DNA of 64,000 bases, taken from NCBI GenBank assembly GCA_012295275.1, contig CM022667.1, positions 17,918,001-17,982,000 on the forward strand, read 5' to 3'. The notes beneath the pieces were generated by a model that saw only the letters and a list, made by a program, of their open reading frames with translations, had not been told where the DNA came from and did no database searches. The translations under genes were made by a program, and so were the position numbers. This document shows, in pieces, positions 1-13,629 of this stretch; the stretch's first letter is position 1; every line of letters starts with the position of its first letter. Source of the DNA: Chrysomallon squamiferum (Eukaryota > Animalia > Mollusca).

Positions 1-403
1 AATTCTCTTCAGTGGTAAATGACTTTAACCCTTTAGCCTCTGGCCTTCTTAACTGTATTTTATCTTTCCTCTGGCTCATTGCCAGAAAAGTAACTGTCTA
101 TATACAGGAGTAATAAAACTGAATTGGTTGGTTTGCTTTGGGTTTGTTTTTGTTTTTGTTTTTGTTTGCATCAGCTATAATAATCGAACATCAGTTTATA
201 TTTAATTATTATAAAATAAATGAAAATGTGATGAATGTATCCCATGTTATTAATTCTGTTTATGACATTTCATTTATAATGTTTATATATATATGTATAT
301 AATAATAATGTGTTGTAAATATCATACCGACACATAATAGCTAAAAATCTAGTCTTTAACAAATCAGTTATTAATCAGTTTATTCTGTTTATTCTTTTCA
401 TAG

Positions 404-1045
404 ATAATGGTCACTCATTTGACCAAGTGTTGTTTTATGGTCATGAATTCACACTGATGACCTTTGAGCTGTTGATATTTTGCACTGTGGACTATATGTG
501 GCAAAACTATGTGCTGGCAGGAATATTGACCTATCTTGTATCAGAGGTAGGTCAAGTTGATTTTAAAAAGTAGAAAATACATGTATAATTCACACGCATC
601 TCTACACACACTCACACACACACACAAAATATAAACCCACAAATAAATAGAGAAATTTAGACATAGGCAGATGAATTAATGAATTAATGAGGGAGAATAA
701 AGTGAAATGGAAACAGATAGAAATGTTTGAAAAATAAATTGAGAGAAAGACATAAAATATTTTTCAAAATAATGAGAGAAAATAGATGGAAATTGAATGA
801 GAGAGATAAAAATAGAGTAACGAAAAAAAAATGTAAGTAGAAATAGAGCTGCAGAAAAATAAGCAAAGGTGAAATAGGTCAATGTATGATGAGAAATGAA
901 AAAGAAAGAATGAGATTAAAAAGAATATTTTTATTATCTAAATGATTTTCTTAATCTTTTTCAGATAGTGGCCATTGTCCGCAGAAGTGGAGGATTAAAA
1001 AATATTGTTCAGAAAACATTAGTGGACAAACGATTTTTAATTTAG
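404..1045 (+). CDS. TMEM67: Meckelin, last two coding exons (404-546, 965-1045); gene starts upstream of the window
   Basis: Exons with canonical AG/GT splice sites and compatible phase translate as (D)NGHSFDQVLFYGHEFTLMTFELLIFCTVDYMWQNYVLAGILTYLVSE / IVAIVRRSGGLKNIVQKTLVDKRFLI*. This matches the characteristic meckelin C-terminus (...YGNE...KTLVDxRFLI). Confidence 0.95.
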
Positions 1046-1965
1046 ATTTATCTTAGACATTCTGAAAAACAGTGCATAAAGATTTTTAAGTTAGACCTTT
1101 TTTTTTTTTTTATTTGATATATTATAAAAATTTCTTAATTTTTAAAAAAAATATATTACTTTACTTTACATTATGATTATTATTAATTTATTTTTCTTAT
1201 TTCAGTTTTAATTGAAAAATTAAATGAAGCTAGTGATCATTATCTATCATTAAGATACGCAGTTAAGAAAAACTAGCCTTAACCTAAAATTTGTCAGTAA
1301 AATATACTAACCTGAACATTTTAATAGCATTTTACTGTTAATAACAGTGACAAAAATGAAATGCAGACAATAAAATGAAATAATGAATAATATTTATGTC
1401 TAGCATATGACAAACTTGTTTTGTCTGTTATCACATTCCATCAAAATTCAGAATTGGGTTAATTAATCCCTGATTAAAATGTCTTTGCAGCATGAAGCCT
1501 GATACCTGAGTTAAAACATTTATCTTGTATAATTGGATTTTTAATTTAGACTTGGGTCCCATTCTCATCAATCTTCAAATATATAAAAACTGCAAATACT
1601 GCAAAATACTTCTGGACTCTAGCATTTCTGATGAGATTTTAACTCTTTTTATGTTTGTACTTGATGCTAATTCCATCCTGTCAGATATACCTATATTTTT
1701 ATTTTTATTTTTTTATTTTATAATTTAATTAACCAATTAGTTTAACAGAAAAGTAGATTTAGTAGATAAGTATGTGAAATAAAATTTTCATTCTCTTCTT
1801 TATTTATTTCAAAGTAATATATATAGAATTAACATGTAAGTAATATTTTATTTATTCTTTGATGTTTCAGATAAGATATATTAATATAATTGTTTTTAAT
1901 TGTTATAATTCTTCTTTTTTCATTTATTCTTTTTTAACTTTGTTTTTGATTTATTATTATTTACC

Positions 1966-1966
<1 letters not shown>

Positions 1967-2008
<42 letters not shown>
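1967..2008. repeat. (TAT)n microsatellite
   Basis: Perfect ATT/TAT trinucleotide run. Confidence 0.95.
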
Positions 2009-2010
<2 letters not shown>

Positions 2011-2850
2011 TTTTAAAATCATGATTTTTAGGAAATTGGGATATTTTTTTACCCAAAGCATGTTCATCCATTAGTAATTTTTGATAAGGATAACAATGGA
2101 ACTTCAATTTTAAATTTTGGAAAACAATAGATGACCTGTATATAGTACATTCTCAGGCTTTATAAACTTTTATCATGTATGTATTGTAATAATAATTTAT
2201 CTTACAAATGTTAACCTGGTGTGCCTGATTAATGGATTTATAACTTTTAATCATAATACTACCAGACAAAATATGTTTTGTTATCTTGATGTAAATATTC
2301 TACATTATTAATGTCAAAATATAATAAATTATTTTTTATATGTATATTTGAATTGTGTTTTTGTTTTGTTTTGTTTTTTTGTTTGTTTTTTTATGTTAAT
2401 AATGCAAAATGAAAATAACCAATCACTTTCATTTACTTTAGAATTATTTTAAATGATATCTTTTGATTAAAAAGAGCCCGAGATATCAATGAACTGAGTT
2501 CCTGTTATATAACACTACAAAAAATAAAATATAAAACACATAATGATGTGTTCAGGTAATGAGAATTAAATATTTGTTCATTTATCTAATAACATACTAT
2601 GAAAGGAACTTTTTTAAATTTCGTTGTTGTAAAATAATTTCATACAACTTCATTTGTTTTTTTTTTTTTTTTTTTAAATTATTGTTGTTATTGCCAATGT
2701 GTGTTGTGTTTTGAAATTCTGTTTTGATATTATTTTGATATTCTAACAGAAGCAGTTTTGGAATAGTAGAATTTTTAAAAATTCCAAATATTTTCCTTTT
2801 CAATTTTATATACGTTGTTTTATTTTATTATTATTATTATTATTATTTGT

Positions 2851-2884
<34 letters not shown>

Positions 2885-3446
2885 GGCTGTTTTCTGCATT
2901 TATGTGAAAATACTAACAATGTTTACCATTGTTTATAACAATGGCCCAGGAATATGTGGTAGGTTTATAAAGAATAATAAATTATAAAAACGAAAATAAT
3001 CATAATTCTCATTATAGATGAACTATTACATTTTCGCGTTTTAGGGCCAACAAATATCGCAAAACAATGTAACCGGATATTGAGTTAGAGTTATTTACCT
3101 TTGATTTCTGATGAAAGTTGTTTCAGTTGTATTGCAAGTTTATGTCCCTATGTAACTTACGGCCGCTGTTTATTACAAAGTTAGTTATTATTTAATCTGC
3201 AAGATCTAAAATAATTTCTGTAATTTACTGTCACTGTCAGCGATAAACAAACAGTTAAAAATTCAAACGCAGCCAAGTATCTGAAATGTGGTGTATTATT
3301 TGTTTTAATTTCTATTTTACGACGTGATAAGTATTAAATGATTAATAACTTCAGGCTTTTTTGTTGTTTATTTTAATACTAATAATATGCCCATAATAAT
3401 TCAACTTTTATCTGTGAAATGTATTAGGTCAACTATAAAATGCGTG

Positions 3447-3448
<2 letters not shown>

Positions 3449-3521
<73 letters not shown>
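3449..3521. repeat. (CT)n microsatellite
   Basis: About 36 CT units; source of the spurious SLSL ORFs. Confidence 0.97.
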
Positions 3522-3528
<7 letters not shown>

Positions 3529-3609
3529 GTTATTTGATTTACTTTATATTTTTGTTTTGTTTCAGCTTATTTCACACTCTGCAGAATATACTTTGCTTCA
3601 GCACATAAA

Positions 3610-4704
3610 ATGTTTGGAAAATTTGTAAGATATTTTGTTTATCTGTTAGTGTTTCACATTGCTTACATGTCTGGCCCTTTATTATTTTATAACTGAGTAT
3701 ATTTCTTTATTATCATCATTATCATCAGTAGTAGTAAAGTAACATATTTTCAGATTATTTTTCTGATTGATTGTAGTTTGGGAATCCAATAATCTTATCT
3801 TTTATTTTATTTATTTATTTCTTTGTTGTTGTTATAGTGTTATTTTATGGGGGTGGTTCATTAAGACAGTTTAAAATTAATGCAGTAAACCATTTTGACC
3901 ATAAACAGACAGTTACAAAAGTGGTCATAGCTGATATTAAAATACAACAGATTATAATTTACTACTGTCATATTGATTAGTAGTTAATTAATAATTTACC
4001 TCTTATTACCTCTTATTTGTATTTGGCAGATGAAATATAGTTGATAACTTTGTTTTTTCAGTTGTCATTTGTACTTGGACTCTATGCTGGTGTTTTTGCT
4101 GATCAGCATTATAAGGTGAGAATATGTAAATATATGTTTAATGTGGTATACTTTCATCTGTTTACAGTTCATTTAGTAACTAGTTGTGTCCTTTTTCCTG
4201 AGTTACGTTGTGTATAATTACATGTGTGTGAGATCAAGTATTGTCAGACCAAATAATTCTGTATTTTGACAAGTTAATTTTAATAAGTCACCTGCAATAA
4301 TTTAATGTCATGAAAAAAAAGCAGCAATGGAAATAGAATAAATTTGCATGATTTCCATACTGAGAATGTAAAACATTTTTAGTTTTAGTTTCATTTATAT
4401 TTATTAATATATTGATAAATCGTTTTTTATTATTGATATGATATGAAATAAAAAATTCCCAATGTAAAATGTATTCAAACTGTCATAGAAAGCAATTATT
4501 GTTCTTAACAAAAATAATTTAATTATCTTAAGTTCAGATAGTTTCATTCAGACAAATCAGAAATTATTATTATTATTATTATTATTCCTCCTTATTTAAA
4601 TTTTTCAGTTGCCAAAATTGGAAAACCCCCAGGACATGTGGGACAGACTAAAAGTGTTCATGGAAGAATACAAAAAAGAGCATCCAGGACCTAAATCAGA
4701 TTGA
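3610..4704 (+). CDS. STMP1: 54-aa short transmembrane mitochondrial protein 1-like (C7orf73/DUF4535-like); coding exons 3610-3624, 4062-4115, 4609-4704
   Basis: Three phase-0 exons with canonical sites give MFGKF/LSFVLGLYAGVFADQHYK/LPKLENPQDMWDRLKVFMEEYKKEHPGPKSD*. The FxLGxxxGxxxxQxYxxP motif, size and 5-aa/18-aa exon layout resemble vertebrate STMP1 as recalled. Confidence 0.82.
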
Positions 4705-6756
4705 CCTGTAACCTTTGACATTAGCTCTTTTTTATTATGTAATTTACAAATTTCTCTACCAGGCTGGCACTGAAGGAATGGGATTAAAACAAAAATTTGA
4801 AATTTATTGTATCTTACTACCGTAAAAATGATAAAAGCAACATATTCCTATACCTCCTGTGTGAACTCATAGGCTGGATATATTCTAAATACATTTTTAG
4901 TGAGTGCTAGTACTTGTTAATAATAAAGTCTGTAAAAAGGAATGGAGACAGGAAAGATAAAGGGAAGAAAAAAAATAACTGGTAAAATATCAGTTACAAA
5001 CCTTTTCTACAAATCAGTTATTGGTTTAGATTCTCTTGCGATTTGGAAAGTTATCGTAGTTTTAAAATCAACACAATATTAATTTATAATATAGCATTTA
5101 AGATTTTTGTCTTTATAATTGTTGTGATGGGTGCTGGCACTTAAGAGTGAAATATTTTACTGATGTTTGTTTAAATTCCCTCATTAAAATACAATTTACA
5201 AAAAATGAAAAATAATAATCTCTGGTTAGAATCTGCCAATTTTGGCACAAAAATAACATTTTTGTGTATGTGTGCCTTCTGAATAGTTTTGTTTTCATCT
5301 GTAGATTTAAAGTTACAATATTGTTAGATAATAATTAATTACTACCTTAAAAAAAAGTTTTAAGTATGTTAACAAAACAGTGTAGCTGAATATTATGAAA
5401 GTATGGAAGGAGCATTTATCTATACTTAGGATTAATATGTTGATATGTTGATTAATTAGTAGTTATTATTTATCTAACACTGGTTTTATATGAAAAGATG
5501 TGGTAAAATGAATATATTTTTACAGTGATGTGTAGTTTTGTGTGAAATATAATCATGTGCATATGTAAATAGAGTGTATTTTTCACTTGGATTAACATAG
5601 TTAATCAAAAAACAAATTTAAGAATTAAAAACATCATGGCACTTAAAACTGAATGTTGAAAATTAAAATTAATAAAATAATTATATCTATTAATATGCTT
5701 TTATTTCTTTTTGATTTCTGGACTTTTAATATATCTGATAGACATTCATTTACTTCTGTTTAACACTGAAAAGAAAAGAAAAAAAGTTATTTGAGAGAAT
5801 TTTGCACCTTGTTTTAACCCAGGGTCTTCAATAGACAGTTCTATTCATCATGAAATACTGAAATTCATTCATTGCATTATACAGTTCAGAACTGAAATAA
5901 ATATATAGCACCAAACAAATTTATGAAAAATGTGTCAATTATTAATTTTAATTGTTTGGGGTTTTTTAAAGTGTCTTTTTTAGATTTTTCACTTCCAGCT
6001 GTGTTATATATATTTCTACTTACAAAATGGATATCAAATAATCCTGGCTGTTAATTAAGAGTGGCCCTTAGAATATTTGAAATTTGAAGTAGATTTTTCT
6101 CTTTGCAAACATGATTCTAAATAAATTCATAATATTTCATTAATTCAAACATGAATGTATTTCTACTCAATAAGTTGAATGACTGTTGAGATATATATAT
6201 TGTCTGTAAACATTTTTACACTGAAAAATGTATCTAAAATTTAAACCAATCCATATTCAGACACACCAAAAAATAAAAAATAATGACCAGATGAAATAAG
6301 CTGTTTATTTGTTATAATATCAATGAACAGAATGTTGTTTTTCTTGAGATCAGATATTTATAGAATCAGGATTGTAACAAACAGTATTATATCAGGAAAT
6401 AGCTTTTATAAACTGAACAGAGATTTATAGAAATGAGTATCAAATTTATTTTTATACATAATACAGACTAGGTACACTTGTAAATGCATTATAATTAAAT
6501 GAAGAGGTTAACACTGATATTCTTGGCACTGGACATGGGCTTGGGAAATAGCAAAATAAATGCAAAGCTATAATCTGTGTATTATTATTATTAATATTAT
6601 GAAGAAAAAGATAAACAATTTACAACTTGTATAACTGCAACTTCAGCAGAATTCAAAATTTTAATACTGTTTATTTTATATTGTCCTAGATTAACAAACT
6701 GGACTTTTTTATATCTATTTATATTTTATCTTTATTTATTTATTACATTTATTTTA

Positions 6757-6792
<36 letters not shown>

Positions 6793-6916
6793 TGTATGTT
6801 CAGTATATGTATTTAACTGGGTGTATCAATTAGAATAGTAAACACAGTGAGACCACAAATTAAAAACAACTGCCACAATAATTACCTATGAATAGATATT
6901 TCTTGGTGGCATTTAC

Positions 6917-6969
<53 letters not shown>

Positions 6970-6997
6970 TAACAATAACAACAATAATAATAATGAT
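6917..6997. repeat. (AAT/AAC)n microsatellite
   Basis: Compound trinucleotide run. Confidence 0.9.
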
Positions 6998-9205
6998 TAT
7001 TTGTAAAGACATATTTAAAATGAAATTATAAAGATCTATCAATTCCAAAAACTTTCAGTCCAGTCTCCTGTCTATCTAATGTTAAAAAGTGTATTATATT
7101 AATTTTCTAAAATGAAATAGAAGTGGAAGAAAGCACAGATGTGTACAAAATATGTGAAAATAACTAGCATGACACCTTAAAGATGATCTGAAGAAAAATA
7201 AAAAATGATCACAAGTCAGAAAATGTTAATTTGTTTCTTTCCTTCAAAAGGCAATGACAAACACCAAAGGCACAAATACATGTTTATGTTATGACATCTA
7301 GAACAGTCACATTGAAAAAAATGTATAGAGTTCAAAATTTACACACACAACTGAAATAAAAATCTTTCACAAGATACTAGCTTAAGCAGATCATATACTT
7401 CCAACAATCCATTGTAACACACTTAAAACAAATTTGCAGTATTAAAGTTAGAAGAATGATTTATGTGAGAACACTAAAACTACAAGTATGTACAATTCTT
7501 TTTCAAAACCTATTTAAAATAAAACCTAACTTGAAAGATGCATTTATGATTATAAATGTAAAACTATATTAAATATACAAAGATTATTTCATTGCATATA
7601 GAATATTTGTAATATAAAATTGCCAAATAAAAAGAATAGATGTAATACTCATTATACTGCAGTACAAATTATTAACTGATTTGTGACCTGTATTTATAAT
7701 ACATGTTAATACAAAGATACCTGAATCAAGTTTTGTTACACATTTACAAATCAAGTTTTAAGTTACCGAACTTGTTTCTTTGTATCTAAATAATATAATT
7801 ATATACTTAACAACTAATGTTAACACTGAATCAGTTTCACTTGGTGAAATGAACAACTGAAATATACACTGAATTCCACTGAGTAACAAATTGTGGATTC
7901 TGAGTTGTTTCTCTGTTCAGTAGCATTAAAACAATGGTTTTTCTGGAATAGTTTAATGAACTTTATTTTTTCTTCCACCTCTCCCAAACAATGCTGTAAA
8001 CAAAGCAATTGTTTGAATTAAGAAAAAATAAAAAGACATGGAAAATGTACATTATATCTGACACATCTTTCAAGATAGTCAGAATGGTCCAGTGCAAAAG
8101 TATAAAAAAAATTCAAGTTCTGAGAACTGTTGATGAATCAGAATTGACTGCATTTTACATTATAAGAACAAATATACTAAGATTTATATCTAATCTAAAA
8201 AACAAATAATAATTTTAAAAAAAACATGAAAATAAGACGTGTATAATTCTTAAAGTCATGCGTATGGAAATCCATTTGAAATAGTATTTTAATCTTATTT
8301 TCAAAACATTTTAAAACAATTTTTAATTTGGTATAGCCCAGTATGTTATATAGTATTAAGTATAGGATATGATTAGAAAGAAAGCAGTTTCTAAATAATA
8401 ATAATAATAAACTTTAAAAATTCAAAATGAAACTACTACATATTAATAAATATACCCAAGAAAGAAGTTGTAAATGATAAAATTTGAACAAAAATCTCTA
8501 TTAATAAACATGCAATATATTACTAAGTTAACAGATTAATTACAAAAATCTGTGAATAATAATCATGAATTTTAAAAATTCAGTATGTAATGAGTTCTAA
8601 GCATGACTAATGTTCATAAAACATTCAAGATTACAAATGTATAGATATACTATACACAACTGAATACAGCAATAAATAAAATAAAAATTTCAAATGCAAA
8701 TACAGACCAGAGACTTTATGAACACTGTTGCAAAAGTAATTTGTTCTTCTTATCCTCAGTTATATCATGAAATGTGTAGAAAATCTAAACTGTTTCACTG
8801 TCCTTTGTAAAACAAACAACTAGAATGTGCCTGTAATACCTTTTTGAAGTTTTCTCTTTTTTTAAATTATGTATTTATTTATTTTGTTATTTATAATCAA
8901 ACATTTTCATTTTACAAATAAAAAATGCACCATAGGAATGATAATAGATTTGGATCATGGATACACAAAAAACAATAATGATACTAATAAATGCATGAAA
9001 TTTTATAAATTTTATAATATCTAACATCTGCAACAAACTAATCATGAAGGCCAAATGAGCCAAAGAAAACACAAAGCTATTTTATAGCTGGTCACATGAT
9101 GAGAAAAACAAAACAACATATATTGATTATATCTACTGCTGAAAATTAATTCTCTGTTAGCATGATTTATTGTCTTGTATTTATTGAAATATAATGTCAT
9201 GACAC

Positions 9206-11077
9206 TCAATCCAAAACATAGCGATAAACTTGAACACATCCTCGGCCAACTACCCAGAGCTTGTCTCCGGGTCCAATAGCAACCAGTTCTGGCCAATTTA
9301 AACCATCTTCTTTCGTGAGCAGAAACCTGATAAACTTTCCATCAGCAGACACTAGATGCAGTTTGTTGTTGCAGCCATCGGTGATAATGAGTCTGCCATA
9401 TTTATCACAGCAGATACCACGTGGGCAGAATTTATTTGACTGCTCTGGTACATAACGAACTTTGACCTGAAAATTTTTATTCATGATGACTACACAATGA
9501 TTGCCTTGGTCTGAGACAATGATGTCTCCATTGACATTGATTGCAACATATCGAGGAGAGCGGAAAATCTTCAAACCATTTTCCTCTTTTACTTCCTGCA
9601 GTAATTCTCCCTGCTGGGAGTACACCAGCAGAACATTATCAGAATCTTCAGATCTTTCTGACTTGGAAGCGACTACAAGGATAAAGTTGTTGGATGTCAT
9701 GGCAAGTCCTCGGGGAGGTAAATCAGTGGAAGCAATCTCTTTGTGGCTCTCTGATCTTACTGGATCAAAAAGATAAATCTTCTTATTCAGTTTGGAGGAA
9801 ATTAGGAATGATTTGCCTAACCGAGCAACCCTAGATCGTGCAAAAGGAGTCAAAGAAAAATCTTTTCTCTTGTTGCCAAGATGATCATACAAGACTAATG
9901 CATTTTCCTCTGAAGTAAAATATGACATCCATGCTGTGGTTTCTGACTCTGGAATTATACTGTAAGTTAAAAGGTGATCAGTAACAAAATGAAAATCCAT
10001 CTTCAGCTTTGTTTCTTCAAAGCCCATCAGACCAATAAATGTATTGAGCGTGTTACTATTGTACAACTTCTTTGTGAAAATAAATCTCTTCTCTGGCAGT
10101 GTCTCTGGCTTCTGTTCACTGTATTTAGCTATCTGGTTCTCCAGCTCTTTCCTCACCATGACAACCTTGACATCATCACCCATCTGGTAAACTGGTTTAG
10201 CAGAATTTATTGATCGACTGAGAAAGCTTAGCTCTTCAGTGATGTTCTGGTAATCTGGTTCTATTTCCTTCAATCTGCCTTGCAATCTGTCTTTAACAAA
10301 TCTGATGTCTTCATCACAAAGACCATCAACTTCTCTGTGAATGTCCTTCCTCCATTGGTTTATATCAGATATCACCTCACTGGCATGCCTTTTCAGTGCA
10401 GATAAAACATCATCTGCTAAATTCTTGGCTTCCTGAAACTGAGGCAGATAATTGGACAGGTTTTCTATTAGTGGTAATATATGCTTGCGATCAACTTCAG
10501 CAACTTCAGAGATGTCTACAGCTGAATGTTCTTCACTGTTGTAATGTTTAGTCAGCCGACAGTCACGGCATATAGGTTCCTTACATTGTTGACAGTAGAA
10601 TTTCAACTCTTGGGTAGGATGAGAGGAACACATATAACATTTCTGCACTCTCTTTTGACCATTTCCCATAACCAAAATATGATGGCTGTATGTCTCTGAC
10701 ACTTTTTTATGCTTCTCTTTGCAATCTTCACAAAGATTCATGGAGCATTCAATACAAAATCCTGTAGCATAATTTTCCTTCCCACAATCACCACAAGTAA
10801 GGTCTCCAGATTCAATATGAGAGGAAGCTTGATGTGCTAAAGCATAGTAGCTGCTTGGAAAGTCAGATGCTCCATTTTTTGATACTGTAATTCTACGACG
10901 ACATTGGGGACAGCTTATTACCTCTTCTCCATTGCGTGTATTGTGCTTGATATATGAATCAAGACATGTGAAGCAAAATGTATGAAGACATGGCAACTGT
11001 TTTGACTGTTTCACTTCCTCCCGACAAATAGCACAGATGAGATTTTCATCTTGATGTTTTTCTCCATTAACTTCCAT
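9206..11077 (-). CDS. TRIM-NHL E3 ubiquitin ligase (RING, B-box1, B-box2, coiled coil, NHL/beta-propeller), 623 aa, single coding exon
   Basis: C3HC4 RING CAIC...LPCLHTFCFTC...CPQCR; B-box1 CGDC...FCIECSMNLCEDC...H; B-box2 CSSH...FYCQQCKEPICRDC...H; helical region; NHL repeats (PRYVAINVNGDIIVSD, PRGICCDKYGRLIITD). No filamin domain is evident. A 5'UTR intron acceptor (poly-T plus CAG) lies at about 11117. Confidence 0.95.
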   Translation of the reverse strand: MEVNGEKHQDENLICAICREEVKQSKQLPCLHTFCFTCLDSYIKHNTRNGEEVISCPQCRRRITVSKNGASDFPSSYYALAHQASSHIESGDLTCGDCGKENYATGFCIECSMNLCEDCKEKHKKVSETYSHHILVMGNGQKRVQKCYMCSSHPTQELKFYCQQCKEPICRDCRLTKHYNSEEHSAVDISEVAEVDRKHILPLIENLSNYLPQFQEAKNLADDVLSALKRHASEVISDINQWRKDIHREVDGLCDEDIRFVKDRLQGRLKEIEPDYQNITEELSFLSRSINSAKPVYQMGDDVKVVMVRKELENQIAKYSEQKPETLPEKRFIFTKKLYNSNTLNTFIGLMGFEETKLKMDFHFVTDHLLTYSIIPESETTAWMSYFTSEENALVLYDHLGNKRKDFSLTPFARSRVARLGKSFLISSKLNKKIYLFDPVRSESHKEIASTDLPPRGLAMTSNNFILVVASKSERSEDSDNVLLVYSQQGELLQEVKEENGLKIFRSPRYVAINVNGDIIVSDQGNHCVVIMNKNFQVKVRYVPEQSNKFCPRGICCDKYGRLIITDGCNNKLHLVSADGKFIRFLLTKEDGLNWPELVAIGPGDKLWVVGRGCVQVYRYVLD

Positions 11078-11117
11078 TATTTTAGTAATTTAAATGTAAA
11101 TTTTTAAAATGTATTTC

Positions 11118-11152
<35 letters not shown>

Positions 11153-12320
11153 AATGAAAGAAAGAAAGAAAGAAAGAAAGATTACTGAAAAATCATCAAT
11201 ATAATATTTTCATATAAAGTGATATAAAAAAAACATGAAATCTTCTGAGAGCAAAACAATATTTCTAACTTCAAATCTGAAGTTAAGTTTCATTAAGAAA
11301 AAATAATAATAATAAAATTACAAAATAATATGATTCATAACAAGTTATTACAAATACACAAGTAGCACTGATGTACCATATAATAATATGCTAAACATAA
11401 TGTTTTGGAGGAAGGGTTAGAGGAGGGTGATAAATAAAATAATTAAAATAATAATAAAATAACTGTTTTTTTAAAGAAAAGGGCTTTATAACAGGTTACC
11501 ACTGATAATAAAAAGATTAAAGTATGAAAATAAAAATAAAAATAATAATAATGAAAACCGTATTTAATTAATGCAAATCGTAACTGAAGATTCTACAGAA
11601 CAAACCAAAAACAATTTCTTGCTTTCTAAGAACATTCTCACCAAAAGCTTGGATGCAGAACGCATATATGGTCATGGTACATATATCTGTATTTTAAACA
11701 ATTTAATACTGTCACCCTTGTCCGATACCTTATTATTGTACATACCTCTAACACTGTTTATGCCAGCGCAGTTTGAGTTTAGTGAAAATTTAGCTTTATT
11801 TGTTTTAGTTCAACGAAAACTGAAATTATATATTTTAACCAATAAATGGATATTTTGATGTAGTATATATAGATTTAGTTATTGATAGTGACAAAATTGA
11901 TATGAAAAAACCATAAATTACAAAGATATCAAACTGTTTTTAATCCACCTTTTACTCTTCTGCTTAGTCTCATTTTCTTCGTGTTACGTAACATTAAAAA
12001 TAATTATTATAACTTCCGCTAAATACTGTTATCTATAAAGATTACGTTATGAACAGTAATGCATCACCAATGACCAGTTTATTTAGATACGTAAAGAAAT
12101 TGTTAGTCTCGATCAAACAACACTTTGGTATTGAATTTTCAAAGAATTTCCAATCCGGTTACCAGTGTGAATGTCAGATATCAGAACTTTTTATACTGTT
12201 AGAACGAATATTTATTTATTTATGCTGCTATAGAAGTAGACACGTGTGTGTGTGTGTGTGCGAATACATACACATACCTTATTACTCAAATTACAAGTGA
12301 ACTTTGTTGGCTTTAGCTTT

Positions 12321-12366
12321 GGAGCAGATATATTATGAAACTAATGAAGTTTAAGCTTCAGGGCCC
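12321..12366 (+). mobile_element. Possible hAT (Tip100/Arthur-like) DNA transposon terminus remnant
   Basis: GCAGAT...TGAAACTAATGAAGTTTAAGCTTCAGGGCCC resembles the recalled subterminal motif of Arthur/MER69-type hAT elements. The partner terminus was not found. Confidence 0.4.
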
Positions 12367-13629
12367 AAGAAATTTATAAAATTTGTCATGGAACATTCAA
12401 AGTTACATTGCCGTTACATTATCTTTTACGTTTTATTGATGTAATCAGTTATTTTGACAATTTCTTTCACTGCAAACGGATAAATTAAAGAAGTATCTTG
12501 TACATTTCTTGTTCTTCACAGTTCAAAGAGGCAAGTTTTTAATGGCATTTTTAATGTTTTTTTAATCAATATATCGAAGAGACTAAACACAGAAAATAAA
12601 ATTACCATTAAACAATAACAAAATGATAATTCAATCACATGACATTGTTTCTTTAAGCATTGTACACTGAATGTGTCTGCGTTTAACTCCAACAATACAG
12701 GGTTTTGGCAGATGATTTTTATTCTAACTTTTTACATATAATATATACATTTTCATAAATACTAAACTTATATTAACTGTTGAATGCAAATACGTTTTAA
12801 GGAAACCATAAGACAGTGGAATAAAATGTACATCATCATTCATAACCACAATACAGACTGACATGCTTTAGAATCATTCTTACTTTCAGCTTATAGTTGT
12901 TATTACACTTCATGAAATTTAAATTACTTAAACTTTTACCATCTGCATTACTCAGCTTAATTTAATGTCTTTATAAACTGAATTTTGGATTCTAGTATTT
13001 CATTTACATGCAAGGTCAAAATAAAAGTTTACCTTTTAATTAAAAATTATAGAACCACTTAATGAACAATGAACTTTATAATTTAATGCACACGTAAATA
13101 TTTTCTTTTTTTTAATTTTTGTATTTAAATATTATGGGAATGTCAATTTATGTTTTTTTAAATGTAGTCCAAGTGCTGTATGTAGAAAAAGTATATTTCC
13201 AAGTTACTGTTTCATATCACCCACTGTCATAACAAGAATCACAATAAATACAAGTTAATGTTACATTACAGGATGGCAGTATTTAGTTTAATTAAACAAG
13301 TCAAATGTTTGTTTGCAGTCCAATCACAATAAAGCGATCCCAGTTATGCAACGTATTTCCCACACTACATTCAGTCTGCCACTGACGGGACAATCAGGCA
13401 ATAACACTCGAGAGCAGAGTGAAACAAAATGCAAATTCATATAAGTAATGGAAATAGTGATGGTCAAAGCTTGTAAAGACAGTATTACAGGAATGCTGTA
13501 TGTAGTTTATTTAAACAAGTCAGTTAAAATGCTGTTATTTTGTTCCATTCAACTGAAGAATAATCCAAACATGAAAGATTGTTTTGTTAAATTTTTTTCT
13601 TTCTTTTTTGTATGTTTGGCTGCACATCA

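Noticed and set aside
9261-10213. Antisense ORFs over the TRIM gene, and similar ones over the GIY-YIG and BBS4 exons
   Set aside because: Shadow ORFs of real coding sequence on the opposite strand or in another frame.
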